Below, in pieces: positions 1 through 12,900 of a stretch of 64,000 nt of DNA. A model generated the notes under the pieces. It was not told where the DNA came from. It ran no database searches and was given only the letters and a program-made list of their open reading frames with translations. A program made the translations under genes and the position numbers. How positions within the stretch are numbered: position 1 is the stretch's first letter; the number at the start of each line of letters is the position of its first letter. The stretch is from Paraspadella gotoi (Eukaryota > Animalia > Chaetognatha). The stretch covers positions 17,605,795-17,669,794 of the forward strand of contig CM119264.1 of NCBI GenBank assembly GCA_051294375.1. The letters run 5' to 3'.

Positions 1-469
1 AAGTTCAAAAACAACGGAAAGAATGGAAAAGACGGTCGACATTGGTCCTCGAACCCGCGACCTCCCAGTCCAAGCCAAACCGGTTCGCCCCACGGAACGA
101 CGCCGTTCCGAGAGGTTTCCATCGCCAAAAATAAGAAAAAAAACCCCACAATTGACTCTTCTCCTTTGATCTTCCACTTCAAATGCTCCAATTCTTATGA
201 ACTGAAAATTTCGCTCCCACACATTTTTTTTCTTTTTCTTTTCCGCATCGGGAGGCGAAAGACTAGAAGGGGGTTGGGGACGGGAGGTGGTGACGGGAGG
301 CGCTAACAAGGGAGACGGCTTTTCTCACGGTTGCCACGCGACCGCTCTTCGGCGTCTTCGCCCCAAGAACCCCCTCGCTTTCAACGCCCCCGCCAGAGGG
401 CATGGGGTCTTCCTTGACGCCCAAACCAATTATTTTCTTTCCTTCCTTCATTACTTTCTCCTCCGCTTT

Positions 470-640
<171 letters not shown>

Positions 641-3600
641 ACTGTCTCTCTTTCTGTTTCCTTCTTTCTCTCGATCCGTCAACTCTGTCCAATAAATTTT
701 CAAATCTTTTCTTAGCCTCTCTCCTGTCCCTCTCTTCGCTTCTGGTTCTCGCTCCAGCCTTTTTTTCCTTCCATTCATTTTCTTTCTAATTTTTTTTTCT
801 CTCTTTTTCCCCTTTTTTTATTTTTTTTTTTCATTCTTCCCAAGGACCCTTTATTGCATTTTGCTTCCATTTTGGGGAGAGGAAAGTCAAAAGAAGAAAG
901 CCATAAAACCCCCAAGAATTGACGCCGACGAGAAAATTGAGTAAAGGGAGTCGAGTTGGCTGAGAGCGGATCTTCGATTTTCCGACGGTGACACCAGAGG
1001 TGGTGAACGATGGAATTGTGTGAGGTCGTCGGGGGCGAAAGTGAAAGTGACTGCCGGGTCGTGAATGTCCTCGATGTCTTTTAAGACCCGAAGGCTGTTT
1101 TGGAAATGCTGCTGTGATTTGGCGATTTTTTTGTTGATACAGTAAAAGATGTGATTAATTCGCTGATCGAATTGGTGGTGTTGTGATTTAATCGTGAATG
1201 TTTGATTGGATGGGTGGACCGGTTGGTGCCGTGATTGTGTCGGCAATGTCCCCAGAGAGCCGGTAACGTCGGGGGAATTTCAACCATTGTCGTGAAGAAA
1301 TATATGAGAAAGGATCGTGGAAGGTTGAAGCGAGATGGGTATTCGAGTGGCGNNNNNNNNNNNNNNNNNNNNNNNNNNNNNNNNNNNNNNNNNNNNNNNN
1401 NNNNNNNNNNNNNNNNNNNNNNNNNNNNNNNNNNNNNNNNNNNNNNNNNNNNNNNNNNNNNNNNNNNNNNNNNNNNNNNNNNNNNNNNNNNNNNNNNNNN
1501 NNNNNNNNNNNNNNNNNNNNNNNNNNNNNNNNNNNNGAGAGAGAGAGAGAGAGAGTTACTGTTCCTTCTTTTTGTTGGTTTCAGACCATCGAACAACAAT
1601 AGTCGAGTTTTGGGGTCTCAACCCGGACATATTTTCCGCTCTCTTTTTTTCTCTCCCTTTCCCTCTCGTTTATTATTACATATCGTTTTGAAATATCGCT
1701 TCAACCAATAATTTTCCTTTACTATGTTCGTCGTTTACGAATTTTTTTTACGAAAGTCTGTCTGCAGCCAGAGGAAGCTACATAAGGAAAACTATGAAAA
1801 GACTTGGACGAGGTCAAACCCTCAGAAAATGGCTGTTGGCAAATTTTGACGAATCGTGTTGAATTCCATGGGCAATTGTGAGGCGATATGAAAAGCGGGA
1901 CCATCAGCAATGAGGATAACAATGACCGCGTCGAAACAATAATCCTCAGATGGTTTTACTGGAATAAAATCGAGAGACCGAACGGTTTTTTTAATCTTCC
2001 TAATCATTTTAATTTTTGGTCTTTATTCTCTTAATTTATATCAATTTGTTTATCATCGTCATGCTTTTATCCATAATTTTTTTACCTCACAGCTTTTAAA
2101 AAAAGTTATTGTGATCAGTTTGTTTCTGATTTGAAAAATTTACAAATACCAACGAAAACATTTTTAATACTGTGGTGTAGCCTGTAACGTCCTCCTAAAC
2201 TCACACAAGATCACTCTCGCATTCTTCCTTTCTCTCATCATTTCAGTTTGTTGTTACCAACTAGTTTAATTAAACAGTTTATGTAATTAATTTAAGACTC
2301 CCTTCTTGTTATTCATCTTTTTTTAACCTAATATTTCACTCCTATTTTTCTTCCTACATTTTTCCTTTTCGAACATAAAAAATTGAAAGATGACGACGAC
2401 AGCCGCTTCGTGAGTCGAAGACGATCGTAAATAGGAGGCGCCGCCTGAAGTATNNNNNNNNNNNNNNNNNNNNNNNNNNNNNNNNNNNNNNNNNNNNNNN
2501 NNNNNNNNNNNNNNNNNNNNNNNNNNNNNNNNNNNNNNNNNNNNNNNNNNNNNNNNNNNNNNNNNNNNNNNNNNNNNNNNNNNNNNNNNNNNNNNNNNNN
2601 NNNNNNNNNNNNNNNNNNNNNNNNNNNNNNNNNNNNNNNNNNNNNNNNNNNNNNNNNNNNNNNNNNNNNNNNNNNNNNNNNNNNNNAGTGAGTGAGAATC
2701 AGCGTTTATGTCGCAGCCCGTGGGGTCAAGGGAAGGTGAGGATGAAGTCATTTACGCCAGAAGGAAAATGGCGCCGCTTTTAAGATACATGGGTTCGCGT
2801 TGAGACGCAGGCTGGGATAGAGAGGAGGTTGGACCTTGAAGGTGAGGCTGGATCAGGGTGAGAAAGAGGTCGGTGATATGTTTAAGAGGGTGAGGAACGA
2901 GTGTGAAGAGGTGAGTGGGAGACGAAGCTGAATATGAGCGGATATATGGAGGGAGAGAGTTAGAGCGAAAGAGAGTAATAGCGAGAGCGAGTTAAAGCGA
3001 AGAAACAAGGACGAAACCTGGGGTGAAGACAAGATTCAAAAGACGCGAGGAGAAAAAAAAGATAAATGAGGGAAGCGGAGAGAAGCGGGAGGAAGCGGTC
3101 CTTCGGCGCGAAAAAGACGTTAAAATGGCNNNNNNNNNNNNNNNNNNNNNNNNNNNNNNNNNNNNNNNNNNNNNNNNNNNNNNNNNNNNNNNNNNNNNNN
3201 NNNNNNNNNNNNNNNNNNNNNNNNNNNNNNNNNNNNNNNNNNNNNNNNNNNNNNNNNNNNNNNNNNNNNNNNNNNNNNNNNNNNNNNNNNNNNNNNNNNN
3301 NNNNNNNNNNNNNNNNNNNNNNNNNNNNNNNNNNNNNNNNNNNNGTTTGGTCGCCGGAAATGGGGGAAGGATCGCGGGAATTGTGACTGTGACCAAATTC
3401 TGCGGAATCTTAGACCCAATCAGAGTGGATAACTTATGAGTCACATTCATGGAAGATAAAAAGCAAAACAAAGTGATGAATTCTCTGCACACACAAAAAA
3501 AAAACCTTTTGTTTTTTTCGTTGTTTCCATTACGTGGTTGCCCTCCTTTGATTTTTTACATTTTTCAGCGATATATAATTATATACATTTATATATTATA

Positions 3601-4364
3601 TCCTGTTCACCGCGATTACGCTCACCCACTCGCCTCGATTTCCTCCTTTTTCGCCTTTTCTTCCTCCTTCCTTTCCTCCGCCCTTTTCTTTCTCCCATTT
3701 TTCTTTTTTTTTTCCTTTTCTCGTCCATCCTAAAATCTCCTTTTGTTTTGGGTCAATGTTTTTTCTCTCGAAAAACTAGACCCGAGTCCCGACCCCTCTC
3801 TCTCTCTTTCTCCCTCTCGCTCTCTCTATTCCATTCTTTCTTTCTCTATGCGTTCTCGTCATCGCCGTCACGTATTTCTCTCATCGCGACGTCTGGAGGT
3901 GCAGCTGAACCTCANNNNNNNNNNNNNNNNNNNNNNNNNTCAATGAAATCTACATTGAATTTGAAGAGTGCAGCTAAACGACTTGCAATTAATATTGAAT
4001 TAAATTGTTGCAATCTTAAATACATTTGTAAAATGTAATGAGAGACATTTTGATAAACGCGTTCCAGTTAGAAAGAATCAGGGTTAAAGTTTAAACGTTT
4101 CATTTTCTAGGTTACAAGTTGAATTAAAATTCTCTCTATTTATTTTCGATTCATATAAAAATTCATAAAAAATATCAGCTGGATTGGCCTTTTCGTTTGA
4201 CCTGAACTCTTCAGATAGGTTTCTTTTTATTTTATATTATAATTAAAACCGATATAAATGGTGAATGCATCAAATGTTAAGTGATCATTTTCGGAATCTG
4301 CCAGGACTCAGCTTTCTGAATTTGTACTCCATTTGGCCTATTTTGGTTGATATTGAATGACCCT

Positions 4365-4727
4365 TTTCTAACGAGCTTTCCAAGTAGAACTGACTGATTG
4401 TGGTAATTACAATATAAGAACTAATATTAATTAAATTTAGTTGTTTTCTCAAAGATGGGACGAACGTGTTTTGTTTTTTACTTCAGACGTTAAACATTCT
4501 AAGATTTAAAAAAAAAAAACACGTTGAATTTGTTTTCTCGCTTGATTAGTGATAATGATTGTTGATACATAATTTCATAGAAATCAGAGGCGTGCGCTCA
4601 ACCCTTCAAACGCTAAAGATAAAAAAAGCCTTTAAGAAAAGTTATCAAGCTGTGAGTCGGAAGTAACGTCGAGTAATCCGCGAATGTCAGTTCAAATCAT
4701 ACTGACATCGTCCGGTGTTTGTATTAT
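4365..4727 (+). repeat. ~360-bp repeat, copy A (inverted partner at 15333-15685)
   Basis: The reverse complement of 15333-15685 aligns along its length (e.g. ctaacgagctttc..., gatgggacgaacgtg, gttatcaagctgtgagtcg, gtcagttcaaatcatactgaca, gtccggtgtttg), differing mainly by scattered indels. Confidence 0.85.
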
Positions 4728-5639
4728 CAGCCATGACCGTTTGCCGGTCAGGCTTGATATTGATTCGGGTGAGATTCTTCTGTGACGTCGTCGTCGTCGG
4801 TCGTCGGCCGTCACGCTGTTTTAAATAAAACTACTACGCTGTTCATAGGTGGCTGTTCACTTACCGTTTCTTTTTTAAATAAAATATTATGAATTATTCT
4901 AAAAGTTTTACAAAAGTGTGCGTCATAGTAAGTTAAAAATAGATATGGCTTTCCAACTTTGAAATAGCTTTGTATTTTTTTATAATTTGGGTCTTAAGTA
5001 TTTTTGTTTGAATGCCACTTATTATGATTACTTACATATGCAAATGAGATATAGTATGATCTAATATCCAATAGTATAATCGAAGTTGCTTTAAGCTTAA
5101 TTTACTATGCAGTATATAATATTGAAGATGAAATTAAAAATAATTTTTTAAATTTCTAATTAAAATGGAACTCAAAGAAACTTTTTTTTAATGAGAAGCT
5201 ATATCTTACATTTAATAAAAATCAAAGAATAAAACTTTTTACAAGCTGCGCATTGGAAAAAATTGGAAAAAGTTTGTCCAATTGTAACCATATGTAACAT
5301 TTTTTTTGTCCTTTCTCTTTATTTATTTTAATTACATATGATTTTTTTTAGGCGCTGCCTTTTCTGAATTCGTTTAAAACGAGTTCAGTTTCTCTCTGTC
5401 TCTCTTTGTGTGCGATTCCTTGCGTGATCGGTCGTTTTTTGAAATATTTCTGATTATTTTTTTCTTTCTAAAAACATATATATTTGATCAGGCGCGGCCT
5501 TTCTGGAATCGTTTAAAAAAAAACAGAGTTTGGCTCTCTCTCTCTCTCTCCCTCCGTCTCCTCCGTCTCTCTCTCTCCTCTCCTCTCTCTCTGCTCTCTC
5601 TTTTTTTTACAAAAAAAAATCTGGGTAATTCTGGAATGG

Positions 5640-5847
5640 AATTATGATTATTATCGAAACCCCCCCACATTAGCCTTTTGTCGTCCCCAAAAGCGAGACA
5701 CGCGCTGTGACCAGACATGTGAAAACAGAAACAAAAGTCAAACGAAAATACATCTCTTCGGCCTCAGGCGCAAGAGCTGCTGCAGGCCCAGTACCGACGC
5801 TGCTTCACTCCTGTCGAAGTGCTGCTGGAGCGGGGACGCGTCTACTA
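5640..5847. repeat. DIRS inverted terminal repeat (3' end of element)
   Basis: ccccccacattagccttttgtc...ccagacatgtgaaa...ctgcaggccc...ctcctgtcgaagtgctgctg...gggacgcgtc is the reverse complement of 10736-10955. Outer boundary uncertain by ~20 bp. Confidence 0.9.
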
Positions 5848-5899
5848 GTCCGAGAACGCCAACGAAGCCCCATGAGACGTCCCTTGGCAAGATTAAACG

Positions 5900-6680
5900 G
5901 GCTAAGAAGGATCTGATCTCGGGAACCAGTCTCCGGCCTCTGAGAATGACGCCCGAGATCGACGCCGGTGGCCGCGCGAAGGCTTCCCGACGACCGCCAT
6001 GGCACGAGTAAGTCTGGCGGGAAGCCTAGCGTCGACATTCGCCTCCAAAAGAGCCTTAGGATCGCGCAAACGTTGAGGCGAAAACGGAGTAAAAGGGCGC
6101 GAAGGGGCGCAGAAAAGGAAAACGTTTGAGACGGCGCTTAACATCTCGCGGACCGAGCCACTCCTCAAGCGCAATGGGGACAACGCGTGACGCCGGCAGG
6201 GCGTCACCCTGAAGGATGGGTCCCATGTGCCCAACTGGCGATCTATGTCTTCGGAAAGCTGTGGACGAAAACAACACGCCCATGATCCGCGAGCGAGCGA
6301 GCCAGTGGGCTGATTCACACTTGAGGGATAAACTATCTCACGGCTCCTGCGAGCGGTGCCAAAGAAAAAGAGAGAGCGCCGGGAAGAACGTTGAGCGGGA
6401 AGACGGCGGGGTGAGGGCGACGACGTCCAAAACGCGTGAACAACGCCGATCCCACGGAGGAAAATTGCCGGCGGAAGTAGGGGACTCGCTCGAAGGTCCC
6501 TGAGAAACGTCGACGAGGGGGTGTTCCCCCATCGAGTACGAACCCTTGCCGGCAAGTGGCCGATCGCTGAGCGGTGAAGGTTCACCGTGCTGTACGGACA
6601 AGCCCTAACCACGGATGGGTACGGTACTCCAGAAATCTTCAGAGACGCATTCAAGTCCAATCGAAATTCCTTCATTGAAG
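5900..6680 (-). pseudogene. DIRS tyrosine recombinase (YR) coding region, frameshifted
   Basis: ORF 5902-6675 contains PYSTVNLHRSAIG, matching the DIRS YR N-terminal YSTINxHRSAIS-type motif. Fragments in shifted frames (ATGVDLG, SRDQILL) resemble the YR C-terminal catalytic region. Position is 3' of RT/RH/MT. Confidence 0.75.
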
Positions 6681-6899
6681 GAAAGAGACAGAAGGAGGTC
6701 CAGGCTCGAGCGTAACGTTCGCGTCGAGCTCTCCAGTCGCGGCGATGATGTCGAGACCGAGTCGGCTGAGGTCGTCTGAGGTCGTTCGCCCGGCGAAACT
6801 GTCAAACGACCAACTTGAGCGCGGCTTGCGGCGCGGAGATTCCTGTGCTTGAGGAAGGTCAGTGACGGCGTCCTCGGACCGGAAGGCGTCGAGCTCCAG

Positions 6900-7590
6900 A
6901 TCTTCAGGGTTCAACACGACTGGAACCATTTGGCTGGCCAGAAGGGGCGATCAGAAGGAAGGTATCCCCGACGACTCCTCCAGTTTCCGGATGCGCTTCG
7001 GGAGGAGAGGTGTGGAGGAAAGAAAATGCCCGATCGAAGATCAAATCTGGCGAGGCGTCCACACCCTCCGTTGGCGCTCCGCCTTCCAAGAGAAGAAACG
7101 AGCGCACCTTGCGTCAGTTCCTTCGTCGCAAAAAGATCGATGGAGGGAAGTGCCGAAGGTCTGCAGATCTTGACGAAGATCCGTGGAAGGAGATTGCCAA
7201 TCCGCAAAACTAGGACGTCCCCTCGACGCCGCATCGTCACCAAGTTCTCCATCTGCGACAGGTGATCCCGTATACGGATCCCCGGGTATGGGCGATCCGC
7301 CACGAGACTCCCGGCAACCTGTTGTAGCTCCGTCGACACGGGCTGCCGTGCGACTGGAGACAGAGCACGACACCGACTGTCGGCCTACCAAGGAGATGGT
7401 ATCTCAGAGAGCTGCCGAATCGAGAGAGGAAAGATCTTCAACCACCATGAACTCCTTCACATTGATATTTGGTGTATGGACATTGCAGCCTCCCAGGTCC
7501 CTCTGGTGAAGCTCTCCCTGGAAAAGGATGCCCCAACCCTCCTGACGAGGCAATCCGCGTCACTACAGTGGTCGCAATCTTTCTGGGAGC
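6900..7590 (-). pseudogene. DIRS RNase H and methyltransferase-like domains, frameshifted
   Basis: Degenerate TDAS..GWG at ~7530-7560, then RGTW and INVKEF at ~7445-7500. PSIDLFATKE at ~7120-7150 matches the DIRS MT-like PxIDLFA motif. Confidence 0.75.
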
Positions 7591-7869
7591 AGATCGTTCC
7601 ACCGGCGCGGCGGTCTCCAGGACGAAGGAACTGACACCACTCTCAGTCCTCCGCGGCTTGAAGCGTCTAACAGCTGTTGGGCGACTCGAGATCCTTCTGG
7701 AAGTGGTTAGACAGCGTTAGACGTTTCCTTTGAATCCTGGGCGAAGAGTGGTGGCACGGAGAAGCGGAACTTGTCAGCGTGGGCCGCCGATGGCGTGTCC
7801 GAGAAACTGAAGACAAACGCCGCCGGCGGGAGAGACGACGAGAGGAGTAGAAGTCGCTAAACTCGGATC

Positions 7870-8640
7870 GATTACCAACTTGGGCGGCGGAAGGCGAGAT
7901 CTATGAAGTGACGTCCCATGAAAACCGAGGAATCGAAGGACTGAGAGGGGTAGGCTCGACTTCTCCCCGGTGGAGAATGAACCCGCCTCCTGAAGAGCAG
8001 TCTGGACTGCCTTTCAACGTCGCTTGGTGACACTCCTCTTCGATGGCCAATCAGGATGGGGATGTCGTCGATATAGGAAGAGACAACGACATGCCTCTCT
8101 GCCTCAGCCATGAACTAGCGGCGCTTTCTTCGTGAGAGCACGGGCCGTAGCCAAACCCGGAAGGGAAGATAACCTTGTACTAGAAGGAATCCGACCCTTT
8201 CCAAATGAATCGACAAACTTTTCGATGCTTCCTCGTGAAGCGGAAGGGGGAGGATAAGCGCTCGCGTAGGCGATTCGAGGCGCGCCCATCTCCCCGTCGA
8301 AACATCTTCCTGATGTCCTGACCCTTCCATGCGGAAAGACGGAGGTGAAAGAAAAGCGGCGTTTTTTTTTTGAAACGCTTAGGTTGAGAATGGCCTCCAC
8401 CCTCCATCGTTCTTCGGCAAGGAAGATCCTGGAGTAAAAACCGGAGAGGCCTCTACCTCTCGATCGCACCCTTTCTCAAGGCCGGCGCGAGATTTCCGCT
8501 TTCGACCGCGTCGTCCCTCTCGCCGAAAGATGGCGTCGCGTCGGGCAGACGAGAAGACGGGTGGGATGCTCCGCATCGGCGATTCTTGAAGCCCGAATAT
8601 GTTCGTCAAAATTGGAGAGGTCGGCCCGACCAGCTCCTCC
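7870..8640 (-). pseudogene. DIRS reverse transcriptase coding region, frameshifted
   Basis: GFYSRIFL (ORF 8104-8469), NDGGWRP (ORF 8379-8609), LPGLATARALTK, and catalytic SYIDD (ORF 7872-8111) are spread over several frames. Confidence 0.88.
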
Positions 8641-10500
8641 CAAAAGGGGCGAAAATAACGGAGCCTCCCTCCCCCGTAGATGAGGAGAAGGCGCCGGCTG
8701 ATCCAGAAATCGGAGTCCTGAGACCGAAATCCGATCTTGAAGGGTCCTGCAAGCCGGACGAGGCGGCGACTGCATCGGCGGAGAACCCGTTCATTTCGCA
8801 GGGCTTGGTCCCCTGTCCTGCCCGTTTCTCGACTTCTTGAACGAGTAGGGCTTCTTGCCGCTCTTCCGCGGTGTTGAAGTTGGACCTGTCGACGCTTTGA
8901 AACCTTGACGCGTTATTCAAGAAAGCGAGGCGTTGCGGCGGATCGGATTAAAGGCGGCGTCTTGACCGTGACGAAACTTGATCCGGAGCGATTTCCGAAG
9001 AAAAACCTCTCCGGTGGGAGCACGGCGTCCTGCATCGCCCACGCGATCGGACGGCGCTTCGACAAAACCCGAACGTCGAACTTCAACAAGCGCAGCGCTT
9101 GAACGCGGTTGCCTGGATGCGCAATATCGCGTAGCCGGCGAGCCAGCGAGGAGATGCGCTCCACCCACCTATCCGCTGAAATACCCGCCTTGGATGGCGT
9201 CCGACAAAAGGCGTAGTCGTCGGCGACAAAAAGAGCGGCGGTGACCCGACGCGCCCCGGCCTCCTGCATGTGCGGTAAATGTTGACAGGTTAGAAGGAAT
9301 AACTTGGTGTAGATAGCCAGCTTCGGAAGGCGGGATCAAAACACCGTCGTGACTGGAAGTAGAAACGACGCCGGTGAAGGCGTGGTCCACCAACGACGGA
9401 AGGCGCCGAGGTGCGGGAGTTGTGCGAGACTCCAGCTTCTCGCCAACTCCCCTGACTCGAGACGTGACGAAGCGAACGCCATTGCTTCGAACTCCATCAG
9501 ACGGCGACGCCGCTCCTTTGGCGCGGGCTGAAGTCGTAGAAAGGCCGATCGACGTATGGGTCGGACCTACCTCTCATCTCCCGAATGAGGGGTGTTGTCC
9601 AGTCCCGGAGCTGATGCGCTGCCTGTGTGCCGTCCAGGCGGTGAAGGCCGACGCGTTGCGTCAGAGGGCCGAGCAGGAAGCCCGTGGGCGGGACTGCTCT
9701 CTGGGAAGCGAAGGACTGTCAAGGACACCAGCGGCGAGGGAAAGGCGAAGTGAAGTCGTCCGTTTCGAATAGAATTCACATGGAACGTAAGCAAAAAACG
9801 ATAATGTAGATTCACATATCAATGAGGAACCCCCCTTCTTTCTCTCTATCCAGCAAATATTCACAAAAAAGAAATAATTTGAAACTAAACACACAGAAAA
9901 AAACAGAAACGAAACCACACCGCGACCACACCACCCGGAGGGAAAGGGGCGGGCGCGGGCAGAATGTGGGGGTCGTTTTCGATAAGAATCATAATTCGCC
10001 ATTCAGAATACAGTTCTCTTTGCGAAACCCCCCCCAATTAGCATCGTACGAGAAAAACGCGGTATAATCCGTCGATTCGGGCGTAGTGAACAAAATATAA
10101 AAAATAAAAAAACGAAAGAAAGAAAGAAAAGAGAAACAAAAAATTCGATGGATGGCAAATAAGAGAAGCAAAACGACTATCGAATAAAAGAAATCCCACA
10201 CTTAAGCTCACCGGGAAATCTTTCCATCTCCTGGCGAAGCGAATCCCGCATTTCTTGAAAAACCGTTTGAGGGGTCCTTCAAAAACTTCCAGGGCCTCCA
10301 GCCGTGTTTGCGGCTCGCCTCCCAGGGCTGCGTGTGGCTGTCCACCCCCGAACGACACACTGGTGCCGGGTGCAGGCGCGCCCTGCGCGCGCGGCCCGAG
10401 CTCCGTAACCGGGGGTAAGGAGACAGCGCCTAAAGCAGAGGAGGGGTGGAGAGACACCGACCGGGGCGCGAGGCATCTGGGCGACGCAGTCGGCACGTGA
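8600..10500 (-). pseudogene. DIRS ORF1 (gag-like), frameshifted, interrupted by an AT-rich segment at ~9770-10210
   Basis: GC-rich minus-strand ORF pieces upstream of RT. ORF 8913-9269 ends in RRPIAW...LPPERFFFG, resembling the DIRS gag RR..W..LP..LFG motif. Confidence 0.6.
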
Positions 10501-10735
10501 ACTCCTCAGCGGCCCTCAACCCTTGCGTCGAAACCAAGATTTCGTCGAACTGCAGATGCGCGATCCTTCTCGAGATTAATCGGGCTGCGAATCTTCGATC
10601 GTCGATAAAACAAAAGAGACGAGCGTGAAGTTCAAAACGATATGAAAAGTAATAATATCGAAGGAAAGTCTCCGTAATAATCGAAAAAAGCGCATAAAAA
10701 GAAGCGAAACGCCTGATCACATAGCGCGAAAAAAG

Positions 10736-10955
10736 AAGTGGACGCGTCCCGGGCTCAGCAGCACTTGCGACAGGAGTGATGCAGCGTCGGGATAATGGGC
10801 CTGCAGAGCTCTGCTGCCGCTGAGGCCGGGGACGAGTATTTTTTATCGTTTGACTTTTGTTTCTGATTTCACATGTCTGGTACCAGGCGCGGCTGTCTCG
10901 CCTTTTGGGGGAGACAAAGGCTAATGTGGGGGGGTATTGAATAGAAATCTATTCA
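10736..10955. repeat. DIRS inverted terminal repeat (5' end of element)
   Basis: gacgcgtcccgggctcagcagcacttgcgacaggag...tttcacatgtctgg...ggctaatgtggggggg is the reverse complement of 5640-5847. Confidence 0.9.
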
Positions 10956-10959
10956 CTTT

Positions 10960-11286
10960 GTTTTTACCACCGTTTTAAAAACAATTCTTTCCTTCTAAAA
11001 CTTTTTATTATCCGCCATTTATTCCGCGCTTCTTCTCTCAATACCAAAATCCCAAATTACATCTGAGATTCGTGAGATTTTTTGAGAAAATGTGGAAGAA
11101 TAACTTACTTGACCTGGCATTTCGATGGCCGTTGCGGGGCAACGAGTAAACAATGTCGTAAGAACATACCTATAACGCGTTTGATGGCCAACGAAAAGTT
11201 ACGTGTATAAAAAAATCACTTACCGAGATCACGCCGATATAACAAGAGTTGACCGATATATTAGCGATATCGTGGCGGAAAACCTT

Positions 11287-11330
<44 letters not shown>

Positions 11331-11344
11331 CTCTCTTCTTCTCT

Positions 11345-11389
<45 letters not shown>

Positions 11390-11441
11390 TTACAAAAAAA
11401 ATTTATTCACTTGTAAAACGAGTAAACGAGTTCCGCGCTCT

Positions 11442-11499
<58 letters not shown>

Positions 11500-12829
11500 C
11501 TCCTCTATCTTTCTCTCTATCTGTCTCTCTCTCTCTTTCTCTCTTTCTATCTCCTTTTTTTTGGTACAAAAATAATTATTTAGTACCCTTAATTTTTCAC
11601 CTCCGTATTAAACGAGTTCCGGCTCTCTCTATCTCTCTCTCTCTCTTTTTTTTCTTATAACAAAATAAAATTGTTAGTCACTTTTTTTTCACCAGGCGGG
11701 ACGAGTAACACGAGTAAACGAGTTCCGGCTCTCGTCTCAGCTTTCTTCTCTCGTCTCTCTCTCATCTCTGTCTCTCTCTCCTTCTGTCTCTCTTCCATGT
11801 CGACCGTTCGTTTTATTGAAAATTGATTCATTATCTTATCTTTTCCTTTCTAAAAAACTAATTATTTATCGCCATTTATTTTTTTTTCTCTATACAAAAT
11901 ACCAAAATTTACATTCCAGAATTTTCTATGATTCATCTTTTAGAAAAAAATGGCAGAGCAATGTCACATGTACATCAGCTTGCTGCTGTACATAATAGCT
12001 GCATATATGTCCGGCAATTGCGCGCGCTGATTAAATTATAATTGCATATATAACTTTTAACAAAAAAAAAAAATTTTTGTCTTTTGTTTATTACTGCTAA
12101 CTTTTGGACCGGTCGGCCCATATTCGGCAAGATTATAATCTAAAATAGAGAGTTGGAGAAGAGGAGATAATTGGTCAAATTAACCTTTCCTTTTTATGAT
12201 TTATTCTAACAATTTTTAAACTTTTAAAAATTGTAAATTTTTATTTTTAGTGTATGTAGTATTTAATCATTCATTATTCTTTTTTTTAAAATCATAATTA
12301 TTTGGTTGGGGAATAAATATTTAATAAAATTAGTTAAATATGCCAAATATGAAATTTGACATCGAGTCTGGTTTCTTTCTTAAAAAAAAGAACAATCTAA
12401 AATTTCATTTCAAGATTAAAACTCTTTTTAACGATGGAGGACATAAATTTTTTTTGATAACGTAAGAAAAAATATTAGAAAGGAAAAGAGTTTTCGTCCC
12501 TCATTCAGCATACGTCGGAAAACGAGGTTCAGCTCTGCAGGGCCGTCCAGCCTTCGTCTCTCATCTCGTTCTCCTCTCTCTTCTCTCTCGTCTCTCTTCT
12601 CTCTCTCATCTCTCTCTCTCTTCTCTTTTTTCTGTTCTATTTATTCCTGCCATTTATTCCCGCGCTTTTTTCTCAATACAAAATCCCAATAATTTAATCT
12701 GCAGATTTTTCTGTGACATTTTTTTTCTTTAAAAATTTTGATTATTCTTTATATAAACGGACGTGAAACTGACAGCCTCTCTCACTTCTTTCTCTCTTCT
12801 CTCTCCTCTCTCAGTCTCTCTCTCTCCTC

Positions 12830-12861
<32 letters not shown>

Positions 12862-12900
12862 TCATCTCTCTCTCTATTCTACCTACAATCTATTTTTTTC
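10960..12900 (+). repeat. Compound degenerate repeat array: AAACGAGTTCCG-(CT)n-poly(T)-ACAAAA units plus a ~130-bp AT-rich unit
   Basis: aaacgagttcc(g)gctctctct at ~11425, ~11610 and ~11716, with similar copies at ~5376, ~5520 and ~12520. gccatttatt...caaaat..ca..tt.acatc motif at ~11015, ~11870 and ~12650. Confidence 0.65.

Larger units (their letters stand above)
5640..10955 (-). mobile_element. DIRS1-like tyrosine-recombinase retrotransposon, apparently full length, frameshifted
   Basis: ~200-bp inverted terminal repeats. Minus-strand motifs occur in DIRS order: gag-like RRPIAWAMQDAVLPPERFFFG; RT GFYSRIFL...GGWRP/ILNL, GLATARALTK, SYIDDI; RNase H HINVKE-like; MT-like PSIDLFAT; YR YSTVNLHRSAIG. 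Confidence 0.92.

Noticed and set aside
40-110. tRNA-like sequence on the minus strand (B-box-like GGGTTCGAGGACC)
   Set aside because: No acceptor stem or full cloverleaf; at most a decayed SINE head.
6216-10500. Numerous plus-strand ORFs inside the DIRS element
   Set aside because: Antisense shadows of GC-rich minus-strand retroelement coding sequence.
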